Of a stretch of 64,000 bases of DNA, positions 1-12,800 are shown one piece after another. The notes under the pieces were generated by a model. The model was not told the DNA's origin. It did no database searches and saw nothing but the letters and a program-made list of their open reading frames with translations. Origin of the DNA: Lysobacterales bacterium. GTDB lineage: Bacteria > Pseudomonadota > Gammaproteobacteria > Xanthomonadales > SZUA-36. Position numbers and translations under genes: made by a program. The first letter of the stretch is position 1. Each line of letters starts with the position of its first letter. The stretch spans positions 2,935 through 66,934 of the forward strand of contig JAZBOH010000208.1 of assembly GCA_036351055.1 (NCBI GenBank), written 5' to 3'.

Positions 1-1
1 C

Positions 2-178
2 GCGGAACCCAGCCTGTGGGTGGCGCGCGCCATGCTCCAGGAGGCAAACGGTTCACGCCATATGGCCCTGGCATCGGTCAACTATGCGCTGGCCATCTGG
101 GCCGACGCTGACCCCGATTACCAGGATTACCGGGAAGCACTGGCCCTGAGACAAAAGCTAGAAAAACATCAGGAATAG
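2..178 (+). CDS. 3' end of an upstream gene (C-terminal fragment, unknown function, possibly helical-repeat protein)
   Basis: Open frame from the window edge to TAG at 176-178 (..NYALAIWADADPDYQDYREALALRQKLEKHQE*). No family recognised. Confidence 0.35.
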   Translation, partial: AEPSLWVARAMLQEANGSRHMALASVNYALAIWADADPDYQDYREALALRQKLEKHQE

Positions 179-243
179 AAAGCACCATTTTTCGCAGGAC
201 TTCAGTACAATACGCGGTTCCCATCGCTCAGGTAGCGTAGTCG

Positions 244-2127
244 ATGCTGTATCCGAAGAGGTTTGATGTCATTGTCATTGGTGGCGGCCACGCCGGCACC
301 GAGGCGGCGCTCGCCTCGGCGCGCAGCGGCGCCAGTACGCTGCTGGTCACGCACAGCATCGAGACAATCGGCCAGATGAGTTGCAACCCGGCTATAGGCG
401 GCATCGGCAAGGGTCACCTGGTAAAGGAAATCGACGCCATGGGCGGGGTGATGGCGCGGGCGGCCGATGCGGCCGGCATCCAGATGCGCACGCTCAATTC
501 CAGCAAGGGGCCTGCAGTGCGTGCAACACGGGCCCAGTGCGACCGCAACCTGTACCGTGCATATATTCGCCGCATGGTGGAAACTCAGGAAAACCTCCTG
601 GTATTCCAGGCCGCGGTTGATGACCTGTTGCTCGACGGCGATCGCGTTTCCGGCTGCAAGACAGCGGGCGGCCAGGCGTTCCATGCACAAGCCATTGTCC
701 TGACAACCGGCACCTTCCTGGGCGGCAAGATCCACGTCGGTGAAACACAGTCTGCCGGCGGCCGGGCCGGTGATCCCCCCTCCATTGCACTCGCCTCGCG
801 CCTGCGCGAATTGCCTTTCGCGGTGGCCAGGCTGAAAACGGGCACACCGCCGCGGATCGATGGCAAAACGGTTGATTTCAGCGTGATGAAGGAACAACCC
901 GGTGACGAGCCCCGTCCCGTTTTTTCCTACCGGGGCAGCACCGCAGATCATCCCGAGCAGGTGTGTTGCTGGATCACACACACCTCCGAAAAAACACACG
1001 GCATCATCCGCGATGCGCTGCACCGCTCGCCCCTGTTCGCGGGTGCAATCGAGGGCGTCGGGCCACGCTACTGCCCGTCGATCGAAGACAAGGTGGTGCG
1101 CTTCGCTGAACGGGACAGCCACCAGATTTTTGTCGAACCCGAAGGTCTGTTTACCCGGGAGTTGTACCCCAACGGGATTTCAACCAGCTTGCCCTTTGAT
1201 GTTCAGCTGGATGTCGTGCATTCCATCCGTGGTTTTGAAAATGCACACATCACTCGTCCGGGTTATGCAATCGAATACGACTTTTTTGACCCGCGTGAGT
1301 TACACGCCTGGCTGGAAACCAAGCATATTCACGGGCTGTTTTTCGCAGGCCAGATCAATGGTACGACCGGGTACGAAGAAGCCGCCGCGCAGGGCCTGGT
1401 GGCAGGTATCAACGCCGCACGCCAGGTGCGCGGTGAATCGAATTGGTCGCCCAGGCGTGATGAGTCCTACATGGGTGTGATGGTCGACGATCTCATTACC
1501 CAGGGAACCCAGGAACCCTACCGAATGTTCACCAGCCGTGCTGAATACCGCCTGCAATTGCGCGAAGACAATGCGGACCTGCGCCTGACCGGGACGGGAC
1601 GAACACTCGGCCTGGTGGGTGACGATCAGTGGAATGCGTTCTGTACCAAGCGGGATGCCATCGAAGCGGAACGCACACGGCTTGGCGGAATCTGGGTTGC
1701 TCCAGGCAACCGCCACGCTACATCCCTTGAAGCCCTGCACGACGTGAGTCTCAGCAGGGAAAGCACGGCGCTTGACCTGCTCAAGAGACCGGAAATGGAC
1801 TACGGCAAGCTGGTCTCGGTCGAGGGAATCGGTCCCGGAGTCGACGATCCCAAGGTTGCGGAGCAACTGGAGATCCAGGTTCGCTACGCCGGTTACCTGG
1901 GGCGCCAGCAGGATGATATCGATCGCCGCCGCAAGCACGAAAGCACCCTGATACCGGAGGGATTCGATTATGGCCGGGTTCGGGGACTGTCGTCCGAAGT
2001 GCGTGAAAAGCTGGAGCGCGTTCTGCCGGATACCGTCGGCCAGGCTTCACGAATTCCCGGAATGACCCCCGCGGCGATTTCCCTGTTGTTGGTTTACCTC
2101 AAGAAAAGCCGCCAACAGGTTGCCTGA
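244..2127 (+). CDS. mnmG: tRNA uridine 5-carboxymethylaminomethyl modification enzyme MnmG (GidA)
   Basis: 627-aa ORF with N-terminal FAD fold [14 protein letters not shown]. Full-length pattern ([47 protein letters not shown]) is typical of MnmG. Confidence 0.97.
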   Translation: MLYPKRFDVIVIGGGHAGTEAALASARSGASTLLVTHSIETIGQMSCNPAIGGIGKGHLVKEIDAMGGVMARAADAAGIQMRTLNSSKGPAVRATRAQCDRNLYRAYIRRMVETQENLLVFQAAVDDLLLDGDRVSGCKTAGGQAFHAQAIVLTTGTFLGGKIHVGETQSAGGRAGDPPSIALASRLRELPFAVARLKTGTPPRIDGKTVDFSVMKEQPGDEPRPVFSYRGSTADHPEQVCCWITHTSEKTHGIIRDALHRSPLFAGAIEGVGPRYCPSIEDKVVRFAERDSHQIFVEPEGLFTRELYPNGISTSLPFDVQLDVVHSIRGFENAHITRPGYAIEYDFFDPRELHAWLETKHIHGLFFAGQINGTTGYEEAAAQGLVAGINAARQVRGESNWSPRRDESYMGVMVDDLITQGTQEPYRMFTSRAEYRLQLREDNADLRLTGTGRTLGLVGDDQWNAFCTKRDAIEAERTRLGGIWVAPGNRHATSLEALHDVSLSRESTALDLLKRPEMDYGKLVSVEGIGPGVDDPKVAEQLEIQVRYAGYLGRQQDDIDRRRKHESTLIPEGFDYGRVRGLSSEVREKLERVLPDTVGQASRIPGMTPAAISLLLVYLKKSRQQVA

Positions 2128-2204
2128 ACACCCATTTCGGCAGGAATACTTCGAAATCACGAATTCGAAACAATCCATTTACCTTTTTTTAACGCGGAAT
2201 GGTT

Positions 2205-2327
2205 ATGCTGAATGCGTAAGTTGACTGTGCCTAGCGTATCGCCCCTCTAGACAGGCAGTCCCCACACTTCTATGCCTTACGCGATACGCTTTGAAGCCCC
2301 AAGAGATAATCTTGGGGCTTTTTTTTC
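2205..2327 (+). ncRNA. Candidate small RNA or 3'UTR-derived RNA ending in an intrinsic terminator
   Basis: Complementary segments 2214-2220/2276-2282 and 2233-2242/2281-2290. Three CCCC motifs. Terminator hairpin 2295-2303/2311-2319 plus T8. No downstream + strand gene. Confidence 0.3.
2295..2327 (+). terminator. Rho-independent terminator
   Basis: Perfect 9-bp stem AGCCCCAAG / CTTGGGGCT, 7-nt loop, followed by TTTTTTTT (2320-2327). Confidence 0.8.
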
Positions 2328-2328
2328 T

Positions 2329-2492
2329 GAATCGCTGGATGGGCCAAGTTCACGGGCATTGGCTTGTCCGGGGACGCCTGGGTACCGGTCTTCACTCGTT
2401 ACGTAGCGGCGCTACGCGCCTCGCTCCAGATCGGCACCCAGTCGCACCTGTCCGGCGCCACTGCTCCGCGAATCTGGCCCATCCAGCGATTC
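2329..2492. repeat. Inverted-repeat-bounded 164-bp element (MITE/REP-like)
   Basis: Perfect 18-bp terminal inverted repeat GAATCGCTGGATGGGCCA (2329-2346) / TGGCCCATCCAGCGATTC (2475-2492) flanking a 128-bp GC-rich core with an internal GTAGCG-G-CGCTAC palindrome. Confidence 0.6.
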
Positions 2493-2624
2493 GGGTCTTT
2501 TCGTAGCCCGATGAGCGCAGGCGACGAAAGCGGAGCGGTTTTGCCGAAGGCAGAGAAGTACTGCTTGAGTGCCGTCGCGCGTGCAGCCGCCTTCCGCCGA
2601 AGGCGGGAGCAGGGAAGCGAAACT

Positions 2625-3398
2625 CTACTTATTGTTGCCGTAGTCGCTGGCTTCAGGCATGTATTTGAGCATCCTGTTGTGGCCTGTCTTGAAGGACGAG
2701 CCCCAGTCGGCCATGAAGGCGTTGAACTCGTCTTCCCCGCCCAGTTCCTTGCTCATGAGGTCATAAAAAGACGGGTCTGCATCTGCCATGCCGGCCCAGC
2801 CTTTAACGGGTGAAATCAACTGGATTTCACCACCGTGCCCACCGGATGCGAGCCGTGTGAAGCCGAAGTGGTGTGGGAACCCGCCGGCTTTCAGAGTTTC
2901 GACGATGCGCGTCAGGCCCTTGTTGAACCTGGCGTACTGCCCGTTATGGATATACCAGGTTTCGATCTGGATGTGGCTGTAGCCCTCCCAGTTTTCGGGC
3001 CAGTGACTGACCTTTTCCATATCCGTGTGCATGCTGCGTTCTGCGCTTTCGACATGCGGTGCGATGTTGGTTCTAAAAACCTCCGCGGCTTTTTCCTGCC
3101 AGTCGTATTTGGCGTCGAAGTCAGCCCAGTCGTGGTTGCCGGAATGGGCGTAGTACATGCCTGTCTCGGGCCCCGTCAGCACTTCCCACCAGGTATACTC
3201 CATGTGCCCCTCGAAGTTGGCAATCCAGTGGTGGTAGTCCTTGACGCCTTTCAGCAGGGCTTCATCGTGGCCATCCTTGGGCGTGATCTTGACCAGTACG
3301 GCCACACCTTCGTTCTCTTCTTCCTGCGCCTGTACCGGCGCCAGCCAGAACAGACAGAGGAATGCGCAGATCAAAAGCAGTTTTGCTTTGATGTTCAT
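2625..3398 (-). CDS. Secreted hypothetical protein with an internally duplicated alpha/beta domain
   Basis: ORF trimmed to the Met preceding a clear signal peptide (MNIKAKLLLICAFLCLFWLAPVQAQ). The two halves share a pattern (..W.DFDA.. / ..WAGMADADP..). No named family recognised. Confidence 0.7.
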   Translation of the reverse strand: MNIKAKLLLICAFLCLFWLAPVQAQEEENEGVAVLVKITPKDGHDEALLKGVKDYHHWIANFEGHMEYTWWEVLTGPETGMYYAHSGNHDWADFDAKYDWQEKAAEVFRTNIAPHVESAERSMHTDMEKVSHWPENWEGYSHIQIETWYIHNGQYARFNKGLTRIVETLKAGGFPHHFGFTRLASGGHGGEIQLISPVKGWAGMADADPSFYDLMSKELGGEDEFNAFMADWGSSFKTGHNRMLKYMPEASDYGNNK

Positions 3399-3634
3399 GT
3401 GAAAAGTTCTCCCAGTAGTTTCAATAGTCGTTGTAATTATTACTCCGGGGCCCGGAAATCGGCCTCGAAGCATCTCCTGATTATAGACAGTGATTGAAAT
3501 AATTCAGGAAACGGTGGCTGACGTGGTCTGCGATGCAGTGGCCGTTAAGAGGATTGCGGGGTTTTCTGGCAATGAATGCGTTAGAATCCGACGCTTGTTG
3601 AATACAATAACCACTTGTCAGCAGGAACAGAGCC

Positions 3635-5335
3635 ATGAGTAGCGAAGCGCCGGTCGTGCCCACCAATTTCATCCGCAATATCATCATCAGCGACCTGGAA
3701 TCCGGGAAACACCAAACCATCATCACCCGCTTCCCGCCGGAACCCAACGGGCACCTGCATATCGGCCATGCCAAGTCGATTTGCCTGAACTTTGGCGTTG
3801 CTGATGAGTTTGGCGGCAAGACCAACCTGCGTTTTGACGATACCAACCCGTTGAAGGAAAACGAGGACTTCATGAATGCCATCATGGAAGACGTCCGCTG
3901 GCTGGGTTTCGAGTGGGACAACCTGTTTCATGCTTCGGATTATTTCGAAGACCTCTACCAGTACGCCATTCACCTGATCAAGACCGGTAAGGCCTACGTC
4001 GAGGAACTCAACGCGGACCAGATCATCGAGTTCCGCGGGGACTGGAAAAACAATGAGCCCGGGAAAGACAGCCCCTGGCGCGACCGGCCGGTCGAAGAGA
4101 GCCTGGACCTGTTCCGGCGCATGAAAGCCGGTGAATTCGAAGACGGAAAATACGTGCTGCGCGCGAAGATCGACATGGCGTCTCCCGACCGCTTCATGCG
4201 TGACCCGGTAATGTACCGCATCCGCAACGCCAGCCATCACCGGACCGGTGACGAGTGGCATATTTACCCGATGTACGACTGGGCGCACGGTATTTCCGAT
4301 GCGATTGAAGGCATTACACATTCACTGTGTACGCTCGAGTTCGAAGAACATCGCCCCCTGTACGAGTGGTTCCTGGAAAACATCCCTTCGCCGAGCAATC
4401 CGCGCCAGATCGAATTTGCCCGTGGCAACCTCGATTACACCGTCATGAGCAAGCGCCGCCTGCGCGAATTGGTCGAGGAAGGCCACGTCAGCGGTTGGGA
4501 TGATCCGCGCTTGCCGACGCTGGCCGGTCTGCGCCGCCGTGGTTTCACGCCGGAGGCGATCCGGGCGTTCTGGACCGAGATGGGCGTCTCCAAGTCCAAC
4601 AGCATCATTTCCATGGGGGTGCTGGAAAACGCCGTGCGCAACGACCTCAACGTCCGTGCGCCGCGCACCATGGCCGTGCTCGACCCGCTGAAGGTAGTGC
4701 TGAGCAATTTCCCGGAAGGCGAAACAGACTGGGTCGAAGCCGCGGTGCATCCGCAAAACCAGGAAATGGGCAACCGCAAGGTGCCTTTGACCCGCGAGAT
4801 CTGGATTGAACGCAGCGACTTCATGGAAGAGCCGCCGCGTAAGTTTTTCCGGCTCAAGCCCGGAGGGGAAGTGCGGCTGCGTAACGCCTTTATCGTCAAA
4901 TGCACAGACGTGATCAAGAACAAGGACGGGGACATCGTCGAACTGCATTGCGAATTCGACCCGGAAACACGCTCCGGCATGCCGGGCGCGAGCCGTAAGG
5001 TCAAGGGTACGATACACTGGGTTTCCGCCGAACACGGCGTACCGGTGGAAGTGCGCCTGTGCGACCGCCTGTTTACCGTGCCCAACCCGCTCGGTGACAA
5101 GGACCGTGATTTTCGTGAATTTCTCAACCCGCATTCCCTCGACGTGCTGAAGAACGTCATTGTCGAGCCAGCAGTGGCGGAAGGCGGGCCGGGTGACCTC
5201 TACCAGTTCGAGCGCACCGGGTATTTCTGCCATGACAACGTGGATTCGAACCCCGGCCGTCCGGTCCTGAACCGTATCGTGACCCTGCGTGATTCATGGG
5301 CACGCATTGAGAAAGAAATGGCGCAGGCCAGGTAA
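3635..5335 (+). CDS. glnS: Glutamine--tRNA ligase
   Basis: 566 aa with class I HIGH (HLHIGHAKS) and KMSKS-like (VMSKRRL) motifs. GlnRS length and C-terminal anticodon-binding region. Confidence 0.97.
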   Translation: MSSEAPVVPTNFIRNIIISDLESGKHQTIITRFPPEPNGHLHIGHAKSICLNFGVADEFGGKTNLRFDDTNPLKENEDFMNAIMEDVRWLGFEWDNLFHASDYFEDLYQYAIHLIKTGKAYVEELNADQIIEFRGDWKNNEPGKDSPWRDRPVEESLDLFRRMKAGEFEDGKYVLRAKIDMASPDRFMRDPVMYRIRNASHHRTGDEWHIYPMYDWAHGISDAIEGITHSLCTLEFEEHRPLYEWFLENIPSPSNPRQIEFARGNLDYTVMSKRRLRELVEEGHVSGWDDPRLPTLAGLRRRGFTPEAIRAFWTEMGVSKSNSIISMGVLENAVRNDLNVRAPRTMAVLDPLKVVLSNFPEGETDWVEAAVHPQNQEMGNRKVPLTREIWIERSDFMEEPPRKFFRLKPGGEVRLRNAFIVKCTDVIKNKDGDIVELHCEFDPETRSGMPGASRKVKGTIHWVSAEHGVPVEVRLCDRLFTVPNPLGDKDRDFREFLNPHSLDVLKNVIVEPAVAEGGPGDLYQFERTGYFCHDNVDSNPGRPVLNRIVTLRDSWARIEKEMAQAR

Positions 5336-5425
5336 ACCGGTCCGGGCCATGCATGACTACCTTCACCCTTAAAACAGGGCGAGGGTCTGCTACACTTTTT
5401 ACAGGCCTCACACGGGAGAAATGAA

Positions 5426-6010
5426 ATGGGTGGTTGGATTATCCTCGCGATCCTTGCGGCGCTGGTCTTTTTTGCGATCACGATCTACAACCGGCTGGTC
5501 GCCGGGCGCAACCGGTTCAAAAACGCGTTTGCTCAGATTGATGTGCAACTGACACGGCGTCATGACCTGATTCCCAACCTGGTCGAAACCGCCAAGGGGT
5601 ACATGAAACACGAGCGCGAGACCCTCGAGGGGGTCATCAATGCGCGCAATACGGCCGTCAGCGGCCTGAAGGCGGCAAGCGCCGACCCGTCCAATCCCGA
5701 GGCCATGAAACAACTGGCTGCAGCGGAGCAGGGGCTTTCCGGCGCACTGGGACGGCTTTTTGCGCTGTCCGAGGCATACCCGGACCTGAAGGCCAATGAA
5801 AACATGATGCAGCTGTCGGAAGAGCTGACCACCACGGAAAACAAGGTGGCGTTCGCACGGCAGGCTTACAACGATTCGGTCATGGACTACAACACGCTGC
5901 GTGAATCGTTCCCGAACAACCTGTTTGCCGGCTGGTTCAGTTTCAAGCCTGCAGAATTGCTCGAGATCGAAGACGAGGCCAAGCGCGAAGTACCCAAGGT
6001 CAGCTTCTAA
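5426..6010 (+). CDS. lemA: LemA family membrane protein
   Basis: 194 aa with an N-terminal TM helix, then YNRLV..RN....AFAQIDVQLTRRHDLIPNLVETAKGY, characteristic of LemA. Confidence 0.9.
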   Translation: MGGWIILAILAALVFFAITIYNRLVAGRNRFKNAFAQIDVQLTRRHDLIPNLVETAKGYMKHERETLEGVINARNTAVSGLKAASADPSNPEAMKQLAAAEQGLSGALGRLFALSEAYPDLKANENMMQLSEELTTTENKVAFARQAYNDSVMDYNTLRESFPNNLFAGWFSFKPAELLEIEDEAKREVPKVSF

Positions 6011-6025
6011 GCAGGGAGCCAGGCT

Positions 6026-7927
<1,902 letters not shown>

Positions 7928-7948
<21 letters not shown>

Positions 7949-8097
7949 AATGGCCCCGTCCCTTCGGGTTGCACTCCAAATCGCGCCATGCGGCGTTGAT
8001 CGTCGTTCGTTTGGTGTTACCAAACTTCACTCCTCGCGCCTTGCCTGGCGCGATTTGGAGTGGCAACGACACCATTTCAATAGGTGTTCACAGGCCT
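7928..8097. repeat. 170-bp palindromic (long hairpin) intergenic element, probable bidirectional terminator
   Basis: Outer arms 7928-7953 / 8072-8097 match 25/26. Inner arms 7973-7988 / 8046-8061 match 16/16. Apical hairpin GTTTGG-TGTTA-CCAAAC lies near 8010-8026. Confidence 0.7.
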
Positions 8098-9656
8098 CTA
8101 TTCGCGGCGAATTTCTCAGCGATCATGATGGTCGGTGCGTTGGTGTTCCCGGACACCAGCGTGGGCATGACCGAAGCGTCTACCACGGACAGACCCTCCA
8201 GTCCCCTCACGTTCAGATCGGGGTCGACCACGGCCAGCTCATCGTTACCCATCTTGCAGGTGCCGATTGGATGGTAGATGGTTTCGGCTTTCCTGCGGAT
8301 CACGTCGAGGACCTGTTGCTCGGTTTTTTCGCTTTCACCCGGGAACACTTCCTCCCCCGCGTAGGGCTCGAACGCCTTCTGCGCGAACAGTTCGCGGGCG
8401 ATTCTTACACATTCAAGCATCAGCTTGCGGTCGTATTCCTTCGCCATGTAGTTCGGCTGGATTGCCGGTTGCTCGAGCGGGTTGGTCGATTTGAGTTTCA
8501 GGTAGCCGCGGCTTTCTGGCCGCAGCGCACAACCGTGGATGGTCATTCCGTGGCCAGGCAGGCGGTTTCTGCCATGATCATCCAGAAAGGCGGGGACAAA
8601 GTGTAACTGGATATCCGGGCGGTCATCTGTCGCATGGCGGCTCAGGACAAAGGCGCCAGCCTCGGCGATGTTGGAACTTCCGGGTCCCTGGCGCCCGAAC
8701 AGGTAGCGCAGGCCCACGGCCAGGTCATTCAGCTTGTCATAGCTGATGGGCTGTTTGTAGTGCACCAGGGTGCAGAAATCCAGGTGGTCCTGCAGGTTGT
8801 AGCCGACCCCGGGCAGTTCGTGGCGGGCTTCAACACCGGCCGCTGCCAGTTCGTCGGGCCGGCCGATGCCCGACAACATCAGCAGCTGCGGCGAGTTGAC
8901 GGCGCCGCCGGACAGGATCACGCGCCCTGCGCTCGCGGTGACGCTTTTACCGCCTTTCCGGTATTCGACCCCCGTGACCCTGGGTCCATCAAATTGCAGT
9001 TTGACCACATGGGCACCGGTCATGACGGACAGGTTGGACCGTTCAAGCGCGGGGCGCAGGTAGGCGACAGCCGTGCTGCAACGCTTGCCGTCGCGTTGCG
9101 TCACCTGGTAGAGGGCGAAACCTCTCTGGTGCGGGCCGTTGAAATCGTCGGTTTGGCCGTAACCGGCCTGCACCCCGGCCTCGATAAATACCGAGGAAAG
9201 CGGATTGCTGTAACGCAGGTTCTGCACGCTGAGGGGGCCGCCCACGCCATGGTACTCGGATGGGCCGTTTTCCTGGTCTTCCGACTTGATGAACCAGGGC
9301 AGAACGTCGGAAGAGCCCCACCCCTCGGCGCCGCCATCGGCCCAGGAGTCGTAGTCTTTCCGGTGGCCGCGGCAATAACACATCGCGTTGATGGAGCTTG
9401 ACCCGCCCAGCACTTTGCCGCGCGGCCAGTACATGCGCCGTCCGTTCATTTCAGGCTGAGGTTCGGTTTCGTAAGACCAGTTGATGCGGGATATGCTGAT
9501 CAGCTTGGCCAGACCGGCCGGCATGTGAATGAAGGGGTGCCGGTCTTTGCCGCCGGCTTCCAGCAACAGAACACGGTTGTTGGGGTTCTCGGAGAGACGG
9601 CTGGCAAGTACGCAACCGGCCGAGCCTGCTCCGACAATGATGTAATCAAAATCCAT
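8088..9656 (-). CDS. GMC family oxidoreductase (choline dehydrogenase-like)
   Basis: 522 aa with N-terminal FAD motif DYIIVGAGSAGCVLASRLSE and GMC signature regions, including the C-terminal ..HP.GTCKMG.. active-site segment. Confidence 0.9.
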   Translation of the reverse strand: MDFDYIIVGAGSAGCVLASRLSENPNNRVLLLEAGGKDRHPFIHMPAGLAKLISISRINWSYETEPQPEMNGRRMYWPRGKVLGGSSSINAMCYCRGHRKDYDSWADGGAEGWGSSDVLPWFIKSEDQENGPSEYHGVGGPLSVQNLRYSNPLSSVFIEAGVQAGYGQTDDFNGPHQRGFALYQVTQRDGKRCSTAVAYLRPALERSNLSVMTGAHVVKLQFDGPRVTGVEYRKGGKSVTASAGRVILSGGAVNSPQLLMLSGIGRPDELAAAGVEARHELPGVGYNLQDHLDFCTLVHYKQPISYDKLNDLAVGLRYLFGRQGPGSSNIAEAGAFVLSRHATDDRPDIQLHFVPAFLDDHGRNRLPGHGMTIHGCALRPESRGYLKLKSTNPLEQPAIQPNYMAKEYDRKLMLECVRIARELFAQKAFEPYAGEEVFPGESEKTEQQVLDVIRRKAETIYHPIGTCKMGNDELAVVDPDLNVRGLEGLSVVDASVMPTLVSGNTNAPTIMIAEKFAANRGL

Positions 9657-9806
9657 GCGCTGGTGCTCCAGGGCGGGTTCTAGCTCTTTTTAAAGATACG
9701 CCTAATGCCGCCTGCCGCAAAGCTTGCGAACCAGATATTGCGCGCTGCCTGATCGCGGTCAATAAAGGGTATAATTGCCGGCCCGATTGTATTCAGGATA
9801 GTCACC

Positions 9807-12800
9807 GTGACGCTGACCAAGATTTCCCTGTCGAACCCGGTTGCGGTCGTTGTGGCCTGCATCCTGGTTGGCATATTCGGCCTCATCAGCCTGAGTCGCC
9901 TGCCCATCCAGATGGCGCCGGACATTGCGCGGCCGGTCATCTCGATCGAAACGGCGTGGCGAGCCGCGGCGCCAAACGAAATCGAGTCCGAAATCATCGA
10001 ACAGCAGGAAGACGTGCTTCAGAGCACGCCAGGCTTGCTGAAAATGTTGTCGTCGGCCAATTATGGCCGCGGTTCCATCAACCTCGAGTTTGTTATCGGC
10101 ACCGATATGAACCGGGCCCTTATCGAAGTCATGAACCGGCTGAACCAGGTGCCGCGTTACCCGGTGGACGCCTTCGAACCGGTGATCAGTGTCGGTGGCA
10201 ACGACTTCGACAAGGTGATTGCGTGGTTTACGCTGACGACCAAGCCGGGCAACGACAGGGACATCTCAAGTTACCAGGATTTTGTTGACGACTCGGTTCT
10301 CACCCGGATCGAGCGCGTGCCGGGGGTTTCCAGGGCAGGCGCTTTTGGCGGTCGCCAATACGAGGTCCGGATCACTTTCGACCCGTTCAAGGCTGCAAAC
10401 ATCGGGGTTGACCTGACCCGGGTCCAGGCGCAACTGGGGTCAAACTCAGATGTTTCCGCCGGGCTCAACGAGGTGGGGAGGCGCGACTACACGATCCGTT
10501 TCAGCGGCAAGTATGAAGTCGATGACCTGGGTGAACTGGTGCTGGAATGGCGTGACGGCAAACCGGTTTTCCTACGCGATGTGGCCCGGGTCAGCATGGA
10601 AATGATCGACATCAATAACATGCTGACCAAGAATGGAGAACCTTCCATTGCCTTTTTCGTCATCCCGGAATCGGGCGTAAATGTTTACGAGGTGATGAAC
10701 GGCGTCAAGGCCACGGTTGCCGACCTGCAGGCCAATGAATTCGAACGCGCCGGCCTGGATGTCAGTCAAAGTTCCGATAACACCATCTACATAACAGCCT
10801 CGGTTGGCATGGTGCGTAACAACCTCCTGCTCGGTGTGTCGCTGGCCATCGGCGTGCTCTGGTGGTTCCTGCGCAAGTTCCGTGCCACCCTGATCGTTGC
10901 CCTGTCCATCCCGTTCTGTGGCCTGATGGCTTTCATGGTGTTGGATTTTGCCGGCAGGTCGCTGAATATCATTTCCCTGGCTGGCCTGGCCTTCGCCACC
11001 GGCATGGTGCTCGATGCCGCCATCGTGGTGCTGGAGAACATTTTCCGCCAGCGTGAAGCGGGCCTGAACGGCGACGAGGCTTCCATGCGCGGTGTTTCCC
11101 AGGTGTGGGGCGCATTGCTGGCATCGACAGCGACCACCGTCGCCATCTTCATGCCGGTCATTTTCCTGGAAAACGAGGCAGGTCAGTTGTTCAGCGACCT
11201 TGCCGTCACCATTTCAGCCGCGGTGGTCGCATCCCTGCTGGTGGCAGTCACCGTGTTGCCGACAGCGGCTTCCAACTGGATCAAGGGCGAGGCCATCGAC
11301 GACCACCACCGCCACTGGTGGCGCTGGGTTACCGACCACATCATGAACTGGACCGATACGCCGCGCAGACGCTGGACCTGGGTTGCGTCCCTGACCGTGA
11401 TCCCGGTCGTGATAGCCCTGTCGATGATTCCGCCGGCGGATTACCTGCCTGAAGGGAAGCGGAACTTCTTCTTCGGGGTGATGATCACGGCTCCGGGCCT
11501 GGGCATGGAGACGGCCAAGGAAGAGATGGTAAGAGTCGTCGCCGATCGCCTCGAGCCCTATCTGAGCGGGGAAAAACAACCGCAACTCGAACAGTATTTT
11601 CTGGGCACGGCCAGGGGTTGGGGCACCTTTATGGGAGGCGAGGCCAAGAACAGTGACGAGTTTGACGAATTGCTGGGTGTGTTCAACCGGGACATCATGT
11701 CCGGCTTCCCGGACACCTTTGGTTTTGTCGGGCGTGCCCCGGTTTTCGGCGGTTCACGCGGCGGGCGCAAGATTGATATCGACCTTTCCGCCGAGTCGTT
11801 CGAGTCACTGCTGGCAGCGGGGCGGACCGGGTTTTATGTGCTGATGCAGGAAATGCCGGAAGCCCAGATCCAGCCTCAGCCCGGCCTGGAACTTGCAGAG
11901 CCGGAAATTCGACTGATCCCGGATGACCGCAAGATCGCCGAAGTGGGCTGGAACCGGACCATGTTGTCCACGGCTATTCGCGCCATGGGCGATGGTGCAT
12001 TCCTGGGTGAATACTTTGATGGTACGCGACGCTACAACGTCGTGATGCGGGCCGAAGGCTGGTATTCACCGGAAGAACTGGGCGCCATTCCGGTCTACAC
12101 CGCCGAGGGCGGGGTCCATTCCCTGGGTGAACTCGTGCGGGTCACGCGGACAGCGGGTCCGTCGAGCATCAGGCGGATCGACCGCAAGCGCACGCTGACT
12201 CTGGAAGTCAAACCGCCTGCGCAAATGCCCATGGAAGAGGCACTGAGCATCATCAGGGAAAAGGTGGCTCCGGCCATTCTCGCCAGCATGCCGGAAGACG
12301 GCACGGTGAAATACCGGGGTACGGCCGAAGCGCTCGACGAGGCCCTGGCCAGCATGACCGGCAGTTTCGTCCTTGCCGTGGTGATTCTCTACCTGCTGAT
12401 TTCGGCCCTGTTCCGTTCCTTCAAGGATTCCCTGCTGGTCATTCTGACCATTCCGATGGCCACGGTCGGTGGCATTATCTCCCTGCGGCTGGTCGACCTG
12501 GCGCTGTCTGCCAGTGGCGGTCAGGCGATGGACCTGCTGACCATGATCGGTTTCGTGATCCTGCTGGGCCTGGTGGTCAATAACGCGATCCTGCTGGTTT
12601 ACCGGGCGCGCGACGCCGAACGTGAAGGCATGGACCGCCGCGATGCCGTGGAAAGCGCGGTTCGTCTGCGTCTGCGCCCCATCCTGATGAGTACAACGAC
12701 CAGTGTCTTTGGCATGTTGCCATTGATGCTCATGCCAGGCGCTGGCACGGAGCTGTACCGCGGGATGGCGGCTGTCATCGTCGGTGGCATGCTGGTCAGC

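Noticed and set aside
2128-2624. Possible chromosomal origin (oriC) next to mnmG/gidA.
   Set aside because: I found no TTATCCACA-type DnaA boxes and no AT-rich 13-mer array in this spacer or upstream of mnmG. rsmG, parAB and dnaA are not present in the window.
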